From assembly GCA_000996355.1 (NCBI GenBank), contig LCAH01000007.1, positions 1-11,088 of the forward strand: DNA of 11,088 nt. The letters run 5' to 3'. Under the pieces are notes generated by a model. The model did not search any database and had not been told where the DNA came from. It was given only the letters and a program-made list of their open reading frames with translations. A program made the translations under genes and the position numbers. Numbering within the stretch: the first letter of the stretch is position 1; every line of letters starts with the position of its first letter. Of this stretch, positions 1 through 6,632 are shown in pieces. This stretch comes from Candidatus Uhrbacteria bacterium GW2011_GWC2_41_11 (GTDB lineage Bacteria > Patescibacteriota > Patescibacteriia > UBA9934 > GWF2-40-263).

Positions 1-226
1 CATGCACCATCTGGTGCATGGCTTACGGGGACCCCAGTTTTTCTCGCTGTACTTGATTGAGTACAGCTCGATAAAACTTGCACCCCGTGCACCAAAACTA
101 GTCTAAACTGAGAAAGTCCTAACGATATCTTTCGTATGGAAACATTCCTGGTTCAAAAACAACTTTTCCGCAAGAGAAAAATTGGTTTTGTTCTCGTAAG
201 TGTTCACAACTGCATTCAATGCATTC

Positions 227-257
227 AAAAAACCTCAACCTCACGTTGAGGTTTTTT
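227..257. terminator. Intrinsic-terminator-like hairpin flanked by an A-run upstream and a T6 run downstream, 35 nt upstream of the ribA start codon. It may terminate an upstream gene or act as an attenuator in a ribA leader.
   Basis: Stem 233-239 (cctcaac) pairs with 245-251 (gttgagg); loop is ctcac. A227-A232 precedes it and T252-T257 follows. Confidence 0.6.
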
Positions 258-291
258 GAATCTTATTATTTATTCTTAAAAGGAAACCTGT

Positions 292-897
292 ATGCAACAT
301 CCATTTACCGAAACAATGCTTGCGACAAAATTTGGACATTTCAATATTCGAGTGTATGCGGACACACAAGGAAAAGAAACCGTTCTTCTTTCAACAGAAA
401 AATTAGATCCGTCCATTCCTGTGTGTGTTCGTATTCATAGTGAGTGCATGACTGGAGATACGTTTGGAAGTTTACACTGTGATTGTGGAGAGCAGTTGGA
501 TGCCTCGCTTCAAAAGATCAAGGAAGGAGAAAATGGCGTATTGATTTATCTACGACAAGAAGGACGTGGTATTGGTTTATTTGAAAAAATCAAAACGTAT
601 CAATTACAGAAAAAAGGATATGATACCTATGAGGCAAATGTTCTTCTTGGACATGAACCTGACGAGCGAACATACGAGAAAGCAAAAATGGCACTTGAGG
701 ATTTGGGTATTACCCGTATTCGGCTTCTCACAAACAATCCTTCAAAAGTGAATGACATGATGAATCTCGGCATAGAGGTGGTTGAACGTATTCCGCTTGT
801 GATGCCAGCAAATACCTATAATGAACGTTATTTTATTTCTAAACGGGATAAATTTCATCATTTTTTTCAAGAAACAATTGGAGCAAAAGTTAGATAA
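292..897 (+). CDS. ribA: GTP cyclohydrolase II (riboflavin biosynthesis), stand-alone form not fused to DHBP synthase
   Basis: A 201-aa ORF with RBS AAAAGGAAA 6 nt before the ATG. It contains the diagnostic [10 protein letters not shown]...[10 protein letters not shown] zinc-binding Cys triad motif and the RQEGRGIGL motif of GCH II. Length is typical for the family (about 200 aa). Confidence 0.9.
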   Translation: MQHPFTETMLATKFGHFNIRVYADTQGKETVLLSTEKLDPSIPVCVRIHSECMTGDTFGSLHCDCGEQLDASLQKIKEGENGVLIYLRQEGRGIGLFEKIKTYQLQKKGYDTYEANVLLGHEPDERTYEKAKMALEDLGITRIRLLTNNPSKVNDMMNLGIEVVERIPLVMPANTYNERYFISKRDKFHHFFQETIGAKVR

Positions 898-913
898 GGA
901 AAAGTGGTTTAAA

Positions 914-944
914 CAAAAAACTCACCACAGAAGATATAGTGAGT
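914..944 (-). terminator. Candidate terminator for the minus-strand lipoprotein gene (hairpin followed by T-run on the minus strand)
   Basis: Stem 920-925 (actcac) pairs with 939-944 (gtgagt) around a 13-nt loop. The A-run 914-920 on the plus strand becomes a U-run after the hairpin on the minus strand. The large loop makes this only moderate. Confidence 0.4.
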
Positions 945-951
945 CAGGTCG

Positions 952-2115
952 TTATTCGGTCTGGAGTAATGCCCAAACATTCAGAACAGATGAGGCATTG
1001 GCAATGCCTCCTTGAGAAAAGAAACTGTGACCGGTTTCTCCAAAAGGAATTTCTTTTCCATCTCCCTGAATGAGAAAATATCCTCCGGTTTCGTCGCAGA
1101 TTTTTCCTGTGTTCCACTTATGAACCTCACAGATTTCTTCCGGGGTCATAAACGGATCATCTGCAGCAGCGATCGTGAAGGTTTTGTAGGTATACAACGT
1201 TTCGGACGGCGCAAACGGTCTTTGAAACGAGAGGTTCAGACCAACCATATCCGCGGCGGCCGTGAAGGACTCCGGAAAATTCCAGGTTCCAATTTCCTCC
1301 AAAGACGGAGATGTTGTCATGAGTCCGCCATTCGGGAGAGAATAGAACATGGTTTGAGAAATAGCGTCTCTCAGGATGATTTCAATACCATCCTCTGTAT
1401 TCCGGAGATAAGGGGTCAGTTCTCGCATGGCCGTACTTGTGAGGACATATCCATACAATCCTTCCGCATATGCCCAAGAGGTTTCAGAAAGCGGCACGGG
1501 TGCGATTTCCAGAATACGTTCAATACCGTATGTGTGAAAACTGGCTCTGGATAATTCCAGCTCGTATTCCATCACAGGCAACATTTGTCCGGCCATGGAA
1601 TGAACAACCATGGTATCCAATGGATGGAAGAATGGACTTGCCGGATCACTCAGAGTTTCCAGGAGATCAATTTCCGCATCAATGAATTCGGAGAGTCCGA
1701 TCTGACCATATACAGCATCAGATGGAACCCCGCTTTCTCCATGTCCCGGATGTGCAACAAGGAGAATGCCTTTCAGTCGGCAAGACTCAGGCATAGCAAG
1801 CCGTGCTTCCGCATATTTAAGAAAGATAAGCGGTGCGTTGGTAAAGCCGTGAAATTCGATTGACCACCCCTTTGCATCGCTACAGGCATAGGGATTAGGA
1901 ATTTCCAATACCTGCATATCAAATGCATTCTTATATCCTGTCATCGAGACCGGAATACGCAGGTCTTTTGTTAAAAACGAATCAGCAGGTTGTTTTTGAA
2001 GAATTTGCTGACTTTTTTCATTGGTTTCTTTCGGGTCTCCACACCCAATTGTAAAGGAAGAGAAACAACCAAAAACCATCAACACCCAAAACAGCATTTG
2101 TTTTTCGTGCAGCAC
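952..2115 (-). CDS. Secreted lipoprotein with alpha/beta-hydrolase-fold motifs (putative esterase/lipase-like hydrolase)
   Basis: Long ORF 952-2148. The N-terminus has a signal peptide with lipobox (MLFWVLMVFGCFSSFTIGC-G). An HG oxyanion-hole-like motif (ILLVAHPGHGESG) is followed about 66 aa later by a nucleophile-elbow-like VVHSMAG (GxSxG-like). The start is ambiguous: GTG at 2115 has a GGAG 5 nt upstream, ATG at 2097 gives the signal peptide directly, and ATG at 2148 is the longest. Confidence 0.7.
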   Translation of the reverse strand: MLHEKQMLFWVLMVFGCFSSFTIGCGDPKETNEKSQQILQKQPADSFLTKDLRIPVSMTGYKNAFDMQVLEIPNPYACSDAKGWSIEFHGFTNAPLIFLKYAEARLAMPESCRLKGILLVAHPGHGESGVPSDAVYGQIGLSEFIDAEIDLLETLSDPASPFFHPLDTMVVHSMAGQMLPVMEYELELSRASFHTYGIERILEIAPVPLSETSWAYAEGLYGYVLTSTAMRELTPYLRNTEDGIEIILRDAISQTMFYSLPNGGLMTTSPSLEEIGTWNFPESFTAAADMVGLNLSFQRPFAPSETLYTYKTFTIAAADDPFMTPEEICEVHKWNTGKICDETGGYFLIQGDGKEIPFGETGHSFFSQGGIANASSVLNVWALLQTE

Positions 2116-2147
2116 AGCTTCTCCTTTTGTATTAAGTTTACAGACCA

Positions 2148-2172
2148 CTTTCTCGTGATATACACGAGAAAG
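2148..2172. promoter_or_regulatory. Perfect 10-bp inverted repeat with 5-nt spacer (ctttctcgtg-atata-cacgagaaag) in the divergent promoter region between the lipoprotein gene and the 2308 gene. Candidate operator for a dimeric transcription factor.
   Basis: Read directly: 2148-2157 is the exact reverse complement of 2163-2172. Confidence 0.45.
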
Positions 2173-2307
2173 CTACGATATAGAATCACATGGGTAATAT
2201 ATCGTCAATTTTCTAGAGGGTACTCATTCATACCATTGACTTTTTATACAAAAACGTCTATGTTCAGTTGTTCCTATTTTTGCCACACGAAGAAAAAGGA
2301 GAAGAAA

Positions 2308-2805
2308 ATGGAACAAAAAATCGTACGAATGGTAAAAATATCTGATTCTGATAGTGAGTTTTTGACACGTCTTGAAGGAATTGGATTTGGATTTGGTCTG
2401 GAAGAAGAAATCGAACAAGGATATGTTCTTGTCGAAACAATTCTTCCGGAAGGTTGGACATGGTACGAGAGTGAACATCCGTATCTCCGAGATCCGCGCG
2501 GGAATATTCGAAGTTTCTGCGATTGGTATCAAGGAGGTTACTGTCATTGGTTTCATAGGTGTCTTTCTCTCCAAAGTAATGGAGAGCGGACGCCCGGACG
2601 AGAAGACAAACAGGATGATTTCATGTTTTGGATCGAGGTTTTGAAGAAAGGAAGGCTCGTTCACAAAACTCGTTCTGTACGTACGTCGTATCACGACCGT
2701 GGAAAACGGATGGAAGATTTGCGTCCACTTTATGCGGAAGCTGAAGGATGGATGGACGAGCATTATCCCAATTGGCATAATGTCTTTGCCTACTGGGATG
2801 AGTGA
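2308..2805 (+). CDS. Hypothetical protein (165 aa), Trp/His-rich, no recognisable family
   Basis: ATG at 2308 is preceded by AAAAAGGAGAAGAAA (strong RBS). The composition is normal and includes GWTWYESEHPYL...CDWYQGGYCHWFH. It is the first gene of an apparent two-gene operon. Confidence 0.6.
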   Translation: MEQKIVRMVKISDSDSEFLTRLEGIGFGFGLEEEIEQGYVLVETILPEGWTWYESEHPYLRDPRGNIRSFCDWYQGGYCHWFHRCLSLQSNGERTPGREDKQDDFMFWIEVLKKGRLVHKTRSVRTSYHDRGKRMEDLRPLYAEAEGWMDEHYPNWHNVFAYWDE

Positions 2806-2835
2806 AAGATTGTTCTTTTTTTGAAAGGAAAGACT

Positions 2836-3372
2836 ATGAAGATTACCAGAGAAATGCTTTCCGAATCTTTGAAAACGATTCTCGATATGTTGGTGAAAGA
2901 TGCCAATCTGCCTGAACGCATGCGTTGGGGAACGCATGTTCAGGTGAGAGATATGTCTATTGGCGCGGGTGCTATGGGACGTTTCATTGATGGGATCTTC
3001 GAAGTATCTGTGGGTGAAAATACCTGGGTCTTTGATGGAAACATAAGTGAGACGTCTTGTTACATTGGTTGGAATGTGGAAATTGAAACTGAAACCGGCT
3101 CGGTCACAGCTGTGCCAGTCATGAAGACACATTATAAGAGCGGACCAAAACCTCTCGATCCTGTATTGTTCGGTTTTGAACCACGAACCATTGGATCTTT
3201 GGGTCCATTGCGTCGATTTATTCCGTCCAGCGATGATGATGATCTGAGAGATCAAATAGATCTCGTCATCAAGAATTATGGTTTTTCTTTTGTGTATGGA
3301 ACACTAGAGGAAGTTCGTCGAGGTCGTGCAATATTGTACAAATGCTTGAGTGGATTTATCCATTCAACTTAA
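2836..3372 (+). CDS. Hypothetical protein (178 aa)
   Basis: ATG at 2836 with AAAGGAAAG RBS, 30 nt after the previous stop. The ORF track starts this frame at TTG 2821; the ATG has the better spacing. It ends at TAA 3370-3372, immediately followed by a strong terminator. Confidence 0.6.
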   Translation: MKITREMLSESLKTILDMLVKDANLPERMRWGTHVQVRDMSIGAGAMGRFIDGIFEVSVGENTWVFDGNISETSCYIGWNVEIETETGSVTAVPVMKTHYKSGPKPLDPVLFGFEPRTIGSLGPLRRFIPSSDDDDLRDQIDLVIKNYGFSFVYGTLEEVRRGRAILYKCLSGFIHST

Positions 3373-3400
3373 AAACCACCTTTTCGGTGGTTTTTTCTTT
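3372..3400. terminator. Bidirectional intrinsic terminator shared by the convergent genes ending at 3372 (+) and 3415 (-)
   Basis: Stem aaaaccacc (3372-3380) pairs with ggtggtttt (3386-3394); loop is ttttc. It is flanked by an A-run and a T-run (T6 then T7). Confidence 0.85.
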
Positions 3401-3414
3401 TTTTAAAGGAAAAA

Positions 3415-4245
3415 TTAAACACGATCACGTAATTGTTTTTCACCTGGTCCAAATGTTTTGTGATCTTGTTTGCGGCGTGGATTTTGACGGAGATCTTTTT
3501 CTTGTTTTGCGAGAAAAGCAAATCGTCTCGCATCTATTTTATCCGAATATTCATACGCGGTTCGGAATGTCTCAAGAAATGCGGGGATTTCAACTTTTCC
3601 GTTTGTTGGAATCCAATCCTCGTCATTTTGTTGAGTCCATCCGGCTGATTCAATGGCGGAAACCTGTGCCTGATCCGCAAGATAAAGAGCAAGAACATCC
3701 GTAATTTCCATTGCTGTTGCCAATCCTTCCTTTCCTTGCATTTTCTCTTTTTGCAGTTTGTGATCTAAATCTACTAACTTTGATTTTCTTTTATCCATTT
3801 CTTGTTTCAATTCCTGTTTTGTGGCTCGTAGATCTACTCCTTTCTCAGTCAAAACTTTTTCATATCCTCTGATTTCTCCTAAGAATGCTTCTGCCTTTTT
3901 TGTATCGGCCTCTATCTGAAATCCGCTTTCCAAAAGTGCTTCAAATTTTTTTTCTTGTATTTTTCTTTCCTGATCCGCTTCTGTTGGTTCTTGATGTGAT
4001 TCGAACTGTCCTGTTTTTCTTCGTGGGAGAGTCGACAGTTTTGCAGAAACAAGATCAATAGCCTTTCTCATTTTTTCTAAAACGCCATGTAAACGATTTT
4101 TTTCTTTTTCCGTTTCCTGTGTTGCTTCTTTGAAGCGTTCTCCTAATCTTTCCTGGTCACTTTTTTCCACTCGTTTAATAACCTCCTTTTCCGCCGGTTG
4201 TTGTGGTCTTGTTTCTCCTTCTCCTCCGCTTTTAAAGAAAGCCAT
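3415..4245 (-). CDS. Hypothetical coiled-coil protein (276 aa), highly charged K/E/Q-rich
   Basis: Single long ORF with heptad-like E/K-rich segments (EKEKNRLHGVLEKMRKAIDLV..., KQELKQEMDKRKSKLVDLDHKLQKEK). A GGAT RBS-like sequence sits 6 nt upstream of the ATG at 4245. It ends at the shared terminator. Confidence 0.6.
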   Translation of the reverse strand: MAFFKSGGEGETRPQQPAEKEVIKRVEKSDQERLGERFKEATQETEKEKNRLHGVLEKMRKAIDLVSAKLSTLPRRKTGQFESHQEPTEADQERKIQEKKFEALLESGFQIEADTKKAEAFLGEIRGYEKVLTEKGVDLRATKQELKQEMDKRKSKLVDLDHKLQKEKMQGKEGLATAMEITDVLALYLADQAQVSAIESAGWTQQNDEDWIPTNGKVEIPAFLETFRTAYEYSDKIDARRFAFLAKQEKDLRQNPRRKQDHKTFGPGEKQLRDRV

Positions 4246-4283
4246 ATTGATTTATCCTATTCGTATTAAAGAAATTCACAGTC

Positions 4284-4481
4284 ATGATACCAAACCATAT
4301 GACACCAGAACAAATGGAAGAACTCCGGCTTGAGTATGAACGCATTGGAGAACGCATGCGGGAGCTTGCGGAAAAAGCAACAGACCTTGAGAAACGAATG
4401 TTTGATGTTTTGAAGGAAATCATGAAACAGGAGGATAACGAAAAAATAGAAGAAATTCGAAAGAATATTCTCGGAGGATAA
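4284..4481 (+). CDS. Small hypothetical helical protein (65 aa; an alternative start at ATG 4299 gives 60 aa)
   Basis: The amino-acid composition is typical of real alpha-helical proteins (EQMEELRLEYERIGERMRELAEKATDLEKRMFDVLKEIMKQ). The antisense frame (4232-4513 minus) is Ser/Phe/Arg-rich low-complexity, which is typical of the wrong strand. There is no clear RBS. Confidence 0.4.
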   Translation: MIPNHMTPEQMEELRLEYERIGERMRELAEKATDLEKRMFDVLKEIMKQEDNEKIEEIRKNILGG

Positions 4482-4506
4482 ATTTTAAATATATCGTTGT
4501 TGTCGT

Positions 4507-4535
4507 TTGACAAATGTGTTTATTTTTGGTAACAA
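4507..4535 (+). promoter_or_regulatory. Candidate sigma70-type promoter for the kinase-like gene
   Basis: TTGACA (4507-4512), a 17-nt spacer, then TAACAA (4530-4535), about 45 nt upstream of the ATG at 4580. Confidence 0.35.
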
Positions 4536-4579
4536 AAGCTCATTCGTCGGACTTTAACAATAGAGAGAAGGGGAAAACA

Positions 4580-5383
4580 ATGGACATTATCATCGGTCAA
4601 GAAATTGGTGAATATCGCACTGAATCCCTTGTTGCGCGTGGAACAAATTCAACCATTTATAGAGGCACTCATCTTCTCATGGGAGAGGAAGTTTGTCTCA
4701 AGCGGTATGACCTTGACATAAAGCCTGCAATTCCGATTGGGGAAGCGGATGTTTTGTCACGGTTGCAACATACGGAGATTCCAAAATTTCGGAATCTTCT
4801 TTCGTTAAAAGATGATTCTTATGTGGTTGTCACGCATTTCGTTTCCGGTTCCCCATTGGGTCAAGCCGTGCAAAAGCACGGAAATATGGATCCGGAAATC
4901 GTGGCATCATTCTTGGAGAGAATGTTGCATTTGCTCAGATATATGCATGTAGATCAGAGATGTGTGCATGGAGACATCAAGCCAGAGCATATTTTGGCAA
5001 GGACTGATCATTCGATTACGCTTGTTGGATTCGGCGTTGCGGAATTTTCTTCTGGAAATTGGGAAAAGAATCGAGGGTGGACAGACTTGTTCGCTCCACC
5101 AGAACAAGTTGAGGGTCGTCCGCTTGTTCCACAGATGGATCTTTACGCACTTGGAATGAGTATGGTGTATCTGCTCTGTGGTGGAAACGAGGAACAATTT
5201 AAGAATGGAGAAATTCCGGACGAAGTCCCCGACCCTATGGGACGATTCCTCTCTCGTTTGGTCATGAAGGATCCTGCCAAACGTTTGAACTGGACGCAGA
5301 TGGATCTTTTCAAGGAGTGGGTGGAGATCCGTTTCGAGTGTTTCAAGAGGTCGACGACAGAAGGAAAACTACTCTTTCTTTGA
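4580..5383 (+). CDS. Hanks-type (eukaryotic-like) Ser/Thr protein-kinase-fold protein with degenerate catalytic motifs. Possible pseudokinase or atypical kinase.
   Basis: ATG 4580 is preceded by AGAGAAGGGGAAAACA. Kinase subdomains appear in the canonical order: beta3 Lys (EVCLKRY), helix-C Glu (EADVLSRLQH), catalytic loop HGDIKPEH (HRDxKxxN with R to G and N to H), GFG in place of DFG (LVGFGVAEF), APE-like (FAPPEQVEG), and subdomain IX (DLYALGMSMVYLLCG). The glycine-rich loop is degenerate (ARGTNSTIYRG). It is a stand-alone 267-aa domain with no signal peptide or TM segment. Confidence 0.8.
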   Translation: MDIIIGQEIGEYRTESLVARGTNSTIYRGTHLLMGEEVCLKRYDLDIKPAIPIGEADVLSRLQHTEIPKFRNLLSLKDDSYVVVTHFVSGSPLGQAVQKHGNMDPEIVASFLERMLHLLRYMHVDQRCVHGDIKPEHILARTDHSITLVGFGVAEFSSGNWEKNRGWTDLFAPPEQVEGRPLVPQMDLYALGMSMVYLLCGGNEEQFKNGEIPDEVPDPMGRFLSRLVMKDPAKRLNWTQMDLFKEWVEIRFECFKRSTTEGKLLFL

Positions 5384-5396
5384 GTGATCTGACATG

Positions 5397-5425
5397 AGGA
5401 TTTCCGGCACGGAGATCCTTTTTTC
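5397..5425 (+). terminator. Intrinsic terminator after the kinase-like gene
   Basis: 9-bp stem 5398-5406 pairs with 5410-5418 (one G-U pair); loop is gca; followed by T6 (5419-5424). Confidence 0.7.
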
Positions 5426-5465
5426 TTGACGTTTTTTCTCTTTTTGCTAGGGTTGGATGTCGTTC

Positions 5466-5474
5466 TGGTAGAAT
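5466..5474 (+). promoter_or_regulatory. Extended -10 promoter element (TGgTAGAAT) upstream of the 5513 gene
   Basis: TG at 5466-5467 and TAGAAT at 5469-5474, about 38 nt upstream of the GTG start. A weak -35-like TTGCTA lies at 5442-5447. Confidence 0.35.
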
Positions 5475-5512
5475 GATGTGTTTCTTAAAACTGAATAAGG
5501 AAGGAGAAAGAA

Positions 5513-6529
5513 GTGTCGCGAGGAGGAACTGATTATGACCGTGACGTGTCGGATCGGTCCATGCGAACGAGTAGTGGCTTTACCACAGTCGCAGAGGAAG
5601 CGATGGCAACACGACAATGGTTCGACCCTGCTCTGTTGCCAAAAGGGAGAGTGATCAAGACACTTTGCAAGAGCCCGATCGCTCTTCCATTTGATGTAAC
5701 CGGATCCTTGGGGGGTCTCGCCAAGATCACCTATGACAAAATGCCCATGACTGCCGGAGAACTCAAGAAGCGTTCCTATCTTCAGGACTGTCAGATTTGT
5801 CCGATCGCGGTCGGAGATGTTGTTTCCGACAGAGGACCGCTCCAGATCGGGGAATTCGTCGTTCCGCGGGAACTTGACAGTTATCTTCAACGCCTTTGGC
5901 TCGAAGGGGGAGGTGGTCGTCAAGGATATGAGTCCTATGAATTCGTCGCCTATTTCCTTGCATACCATTGCGATATTCCAGAGGCCGACACACCATTCGT
6001 CATTTTTATAGGTGATGAACGGTTCCGGGAGGACCTTCATAGAAATGCGCTTCAAGCGTATTTCGGAGGTATTGAGCATGAAGACATGAATGCTTTCAAA
6101 GTGTTTGCCGACCTCAGGAGAAAGTTCAAGAACAATGTATTTCTGATTCACCGATATTACGATGACATGTGTACGGATAAAGAAGTCATTGACCAGTGGT
6201 CAGGAGTTCTTGGAGCCGATCACGTGATCAATCTCGGACACGGAAACGACACAGCTGTTGCAGACGTCATGCTCGGCATCTTTGCCCTGATGGGCGGGAC
6301 ACGAACTCTGGATCAGTATCTGGAAGATATGCGGGAACGCGGTCAGGATCAGACGCGTCTTGCCTTTGTTCGTAGGGCTCTGTCTGTTCTGAAGCCGCCG
6401 TCCTCAATCCAGAAAAAAGAGGAAGATGCAGATCAGTCGCAGCAGGTATTGGCGGCGGAAGAGAAGCAGAAAAGTCCGTCCCGCAAGAAGGGAAAATCCG
6501 TCTTCGATTCCTCGAATTGGGACGTCTGA
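5513..6529 (+). CDS. Hypothetical protein (338 aa) with an acidic/lysine-rich C-terminal tail. It is the first gene of the GC-elevated cassette and has no family I can assign.
   Basis: GTG start at 5513 with AAGGAAGGAGAAAGAA RBS. Composition is ordinary and GC is higher than the flanking regions. The overlapping minus-strand ORF 5447-6151 is judged spurious. The C-terminal region contains a glycine-rich turn (GIFALMGGTRTLDQYLED) that loosely resembles the PGGxGTxxE turn of LOG/SLOG-type Rossmann-like proteins. That is only a weak motif-level resemblance. Confidence 0.6.
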   Translation: MSRGGTDYDRDVSDRSMRTSSGFTTVAEEAMATRQWFDPALLPKGRVIKTLCKSPIALPFDVTGSLGGLAKITYDKMPMTAGELKKRSYLQDCQICPIAVGDVVSDRGPLQIGEFVVPRELDSYLQRLWLEGGGGRQGYESYEFVAYFLAYHCDIPEADTPFVIFIGDERFREDLHRNALQAYFGGIEHEDMNAFKVFADLRRKFKNNVFLIHRYYDDMCTDKEVIDQWSGVLGADHVINLGHGNDTAVADVMLGIFALMGGTRTLDQYLEDMRERGQDQTRLAFVRRALSVLKPPSSIQKKEEDADQSQQVLAAEEKQKSPSRKKGKSVFDSSNWDV

Positions 6530-6540
6530 AGACAATTTAA

Positions 6541-6593
6541 CCTGTGGGATGCTGGTGCTCAAAATTTTGCACTTGTCGTTCCACAGGTTTTTT
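6541..6593 (+). terminator. Intercistronic hairpin plus T6 between the two cassette genes (candidate partial terminator or attenuator)
   Basis: Outer stem cctgtgg (6541-6547) pairs with ccacagg (6581-6587). There is an inner stem gtgc/gcac (6556-6559 with 6569-6572), then TTTTTT 6588-6593. Confidence 0.4.
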
Positions 6594-6632
6594 AGAAAGT
6601 TTCGTTTTTAAGAATCAATCATCGGAGGAAAG

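Noticed and set aside
1-260. FMN riboswitch (RFN element), tRNA or other known structured RNA upstream of ribA
   Set aside because: I searched by eye for the conserved FMN-element segments and for a tRNA cloverleaf and found none. Only generic hairpins are present. It is kept as a finding of an unexplained leader rather than a feature call.
219-440. 73-aa plus-strand ORF overlapping the ribA start in another frame
   Set aside because: It overlaps a confidently identified ribA and runs through the terminator hairpin. It has low-complexity composition.
1012-1863. Plus-strand ORFs (180, 71 and 92 aa) inside the minus-strand lipoprotein gene
   Set aside because: They are Arg/Cys-rich antisense-type translations. 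The minus-strand product has a signal peptide, lipobox and hydrolase motifs.
2224-3255. 343-aa minus-strand ORF spanning both plus-strand genes 2308-2805 and 2836-3372
   Set aside because: Its composition is antisense-like (F/S/I/R/H-rich, low-complexity runs). It spans an intergenic gap and a terminator of the opposite-strand genes, which themselves have strong RBSs and ordinary composition.
4232-4513. 93-aa minus-strand ORF opposite the small helical protein gene
   Set aside because: Ser/Arg/Phe low-complexity sequence typical of the antisense frame of a Glu/Lys-rich coding region.
5447-6151. 234-aa minus-strand ORF overlapping the start of the 338-aa cassette gene
   Set aside because: The plus-strand ORF is longer, has a strong RBS and GTG start, and is followed by a co-oriented partner gene. 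The minus ORF would run into the kinase gene terminator and has a Cys/Ser-rich irregular composition.
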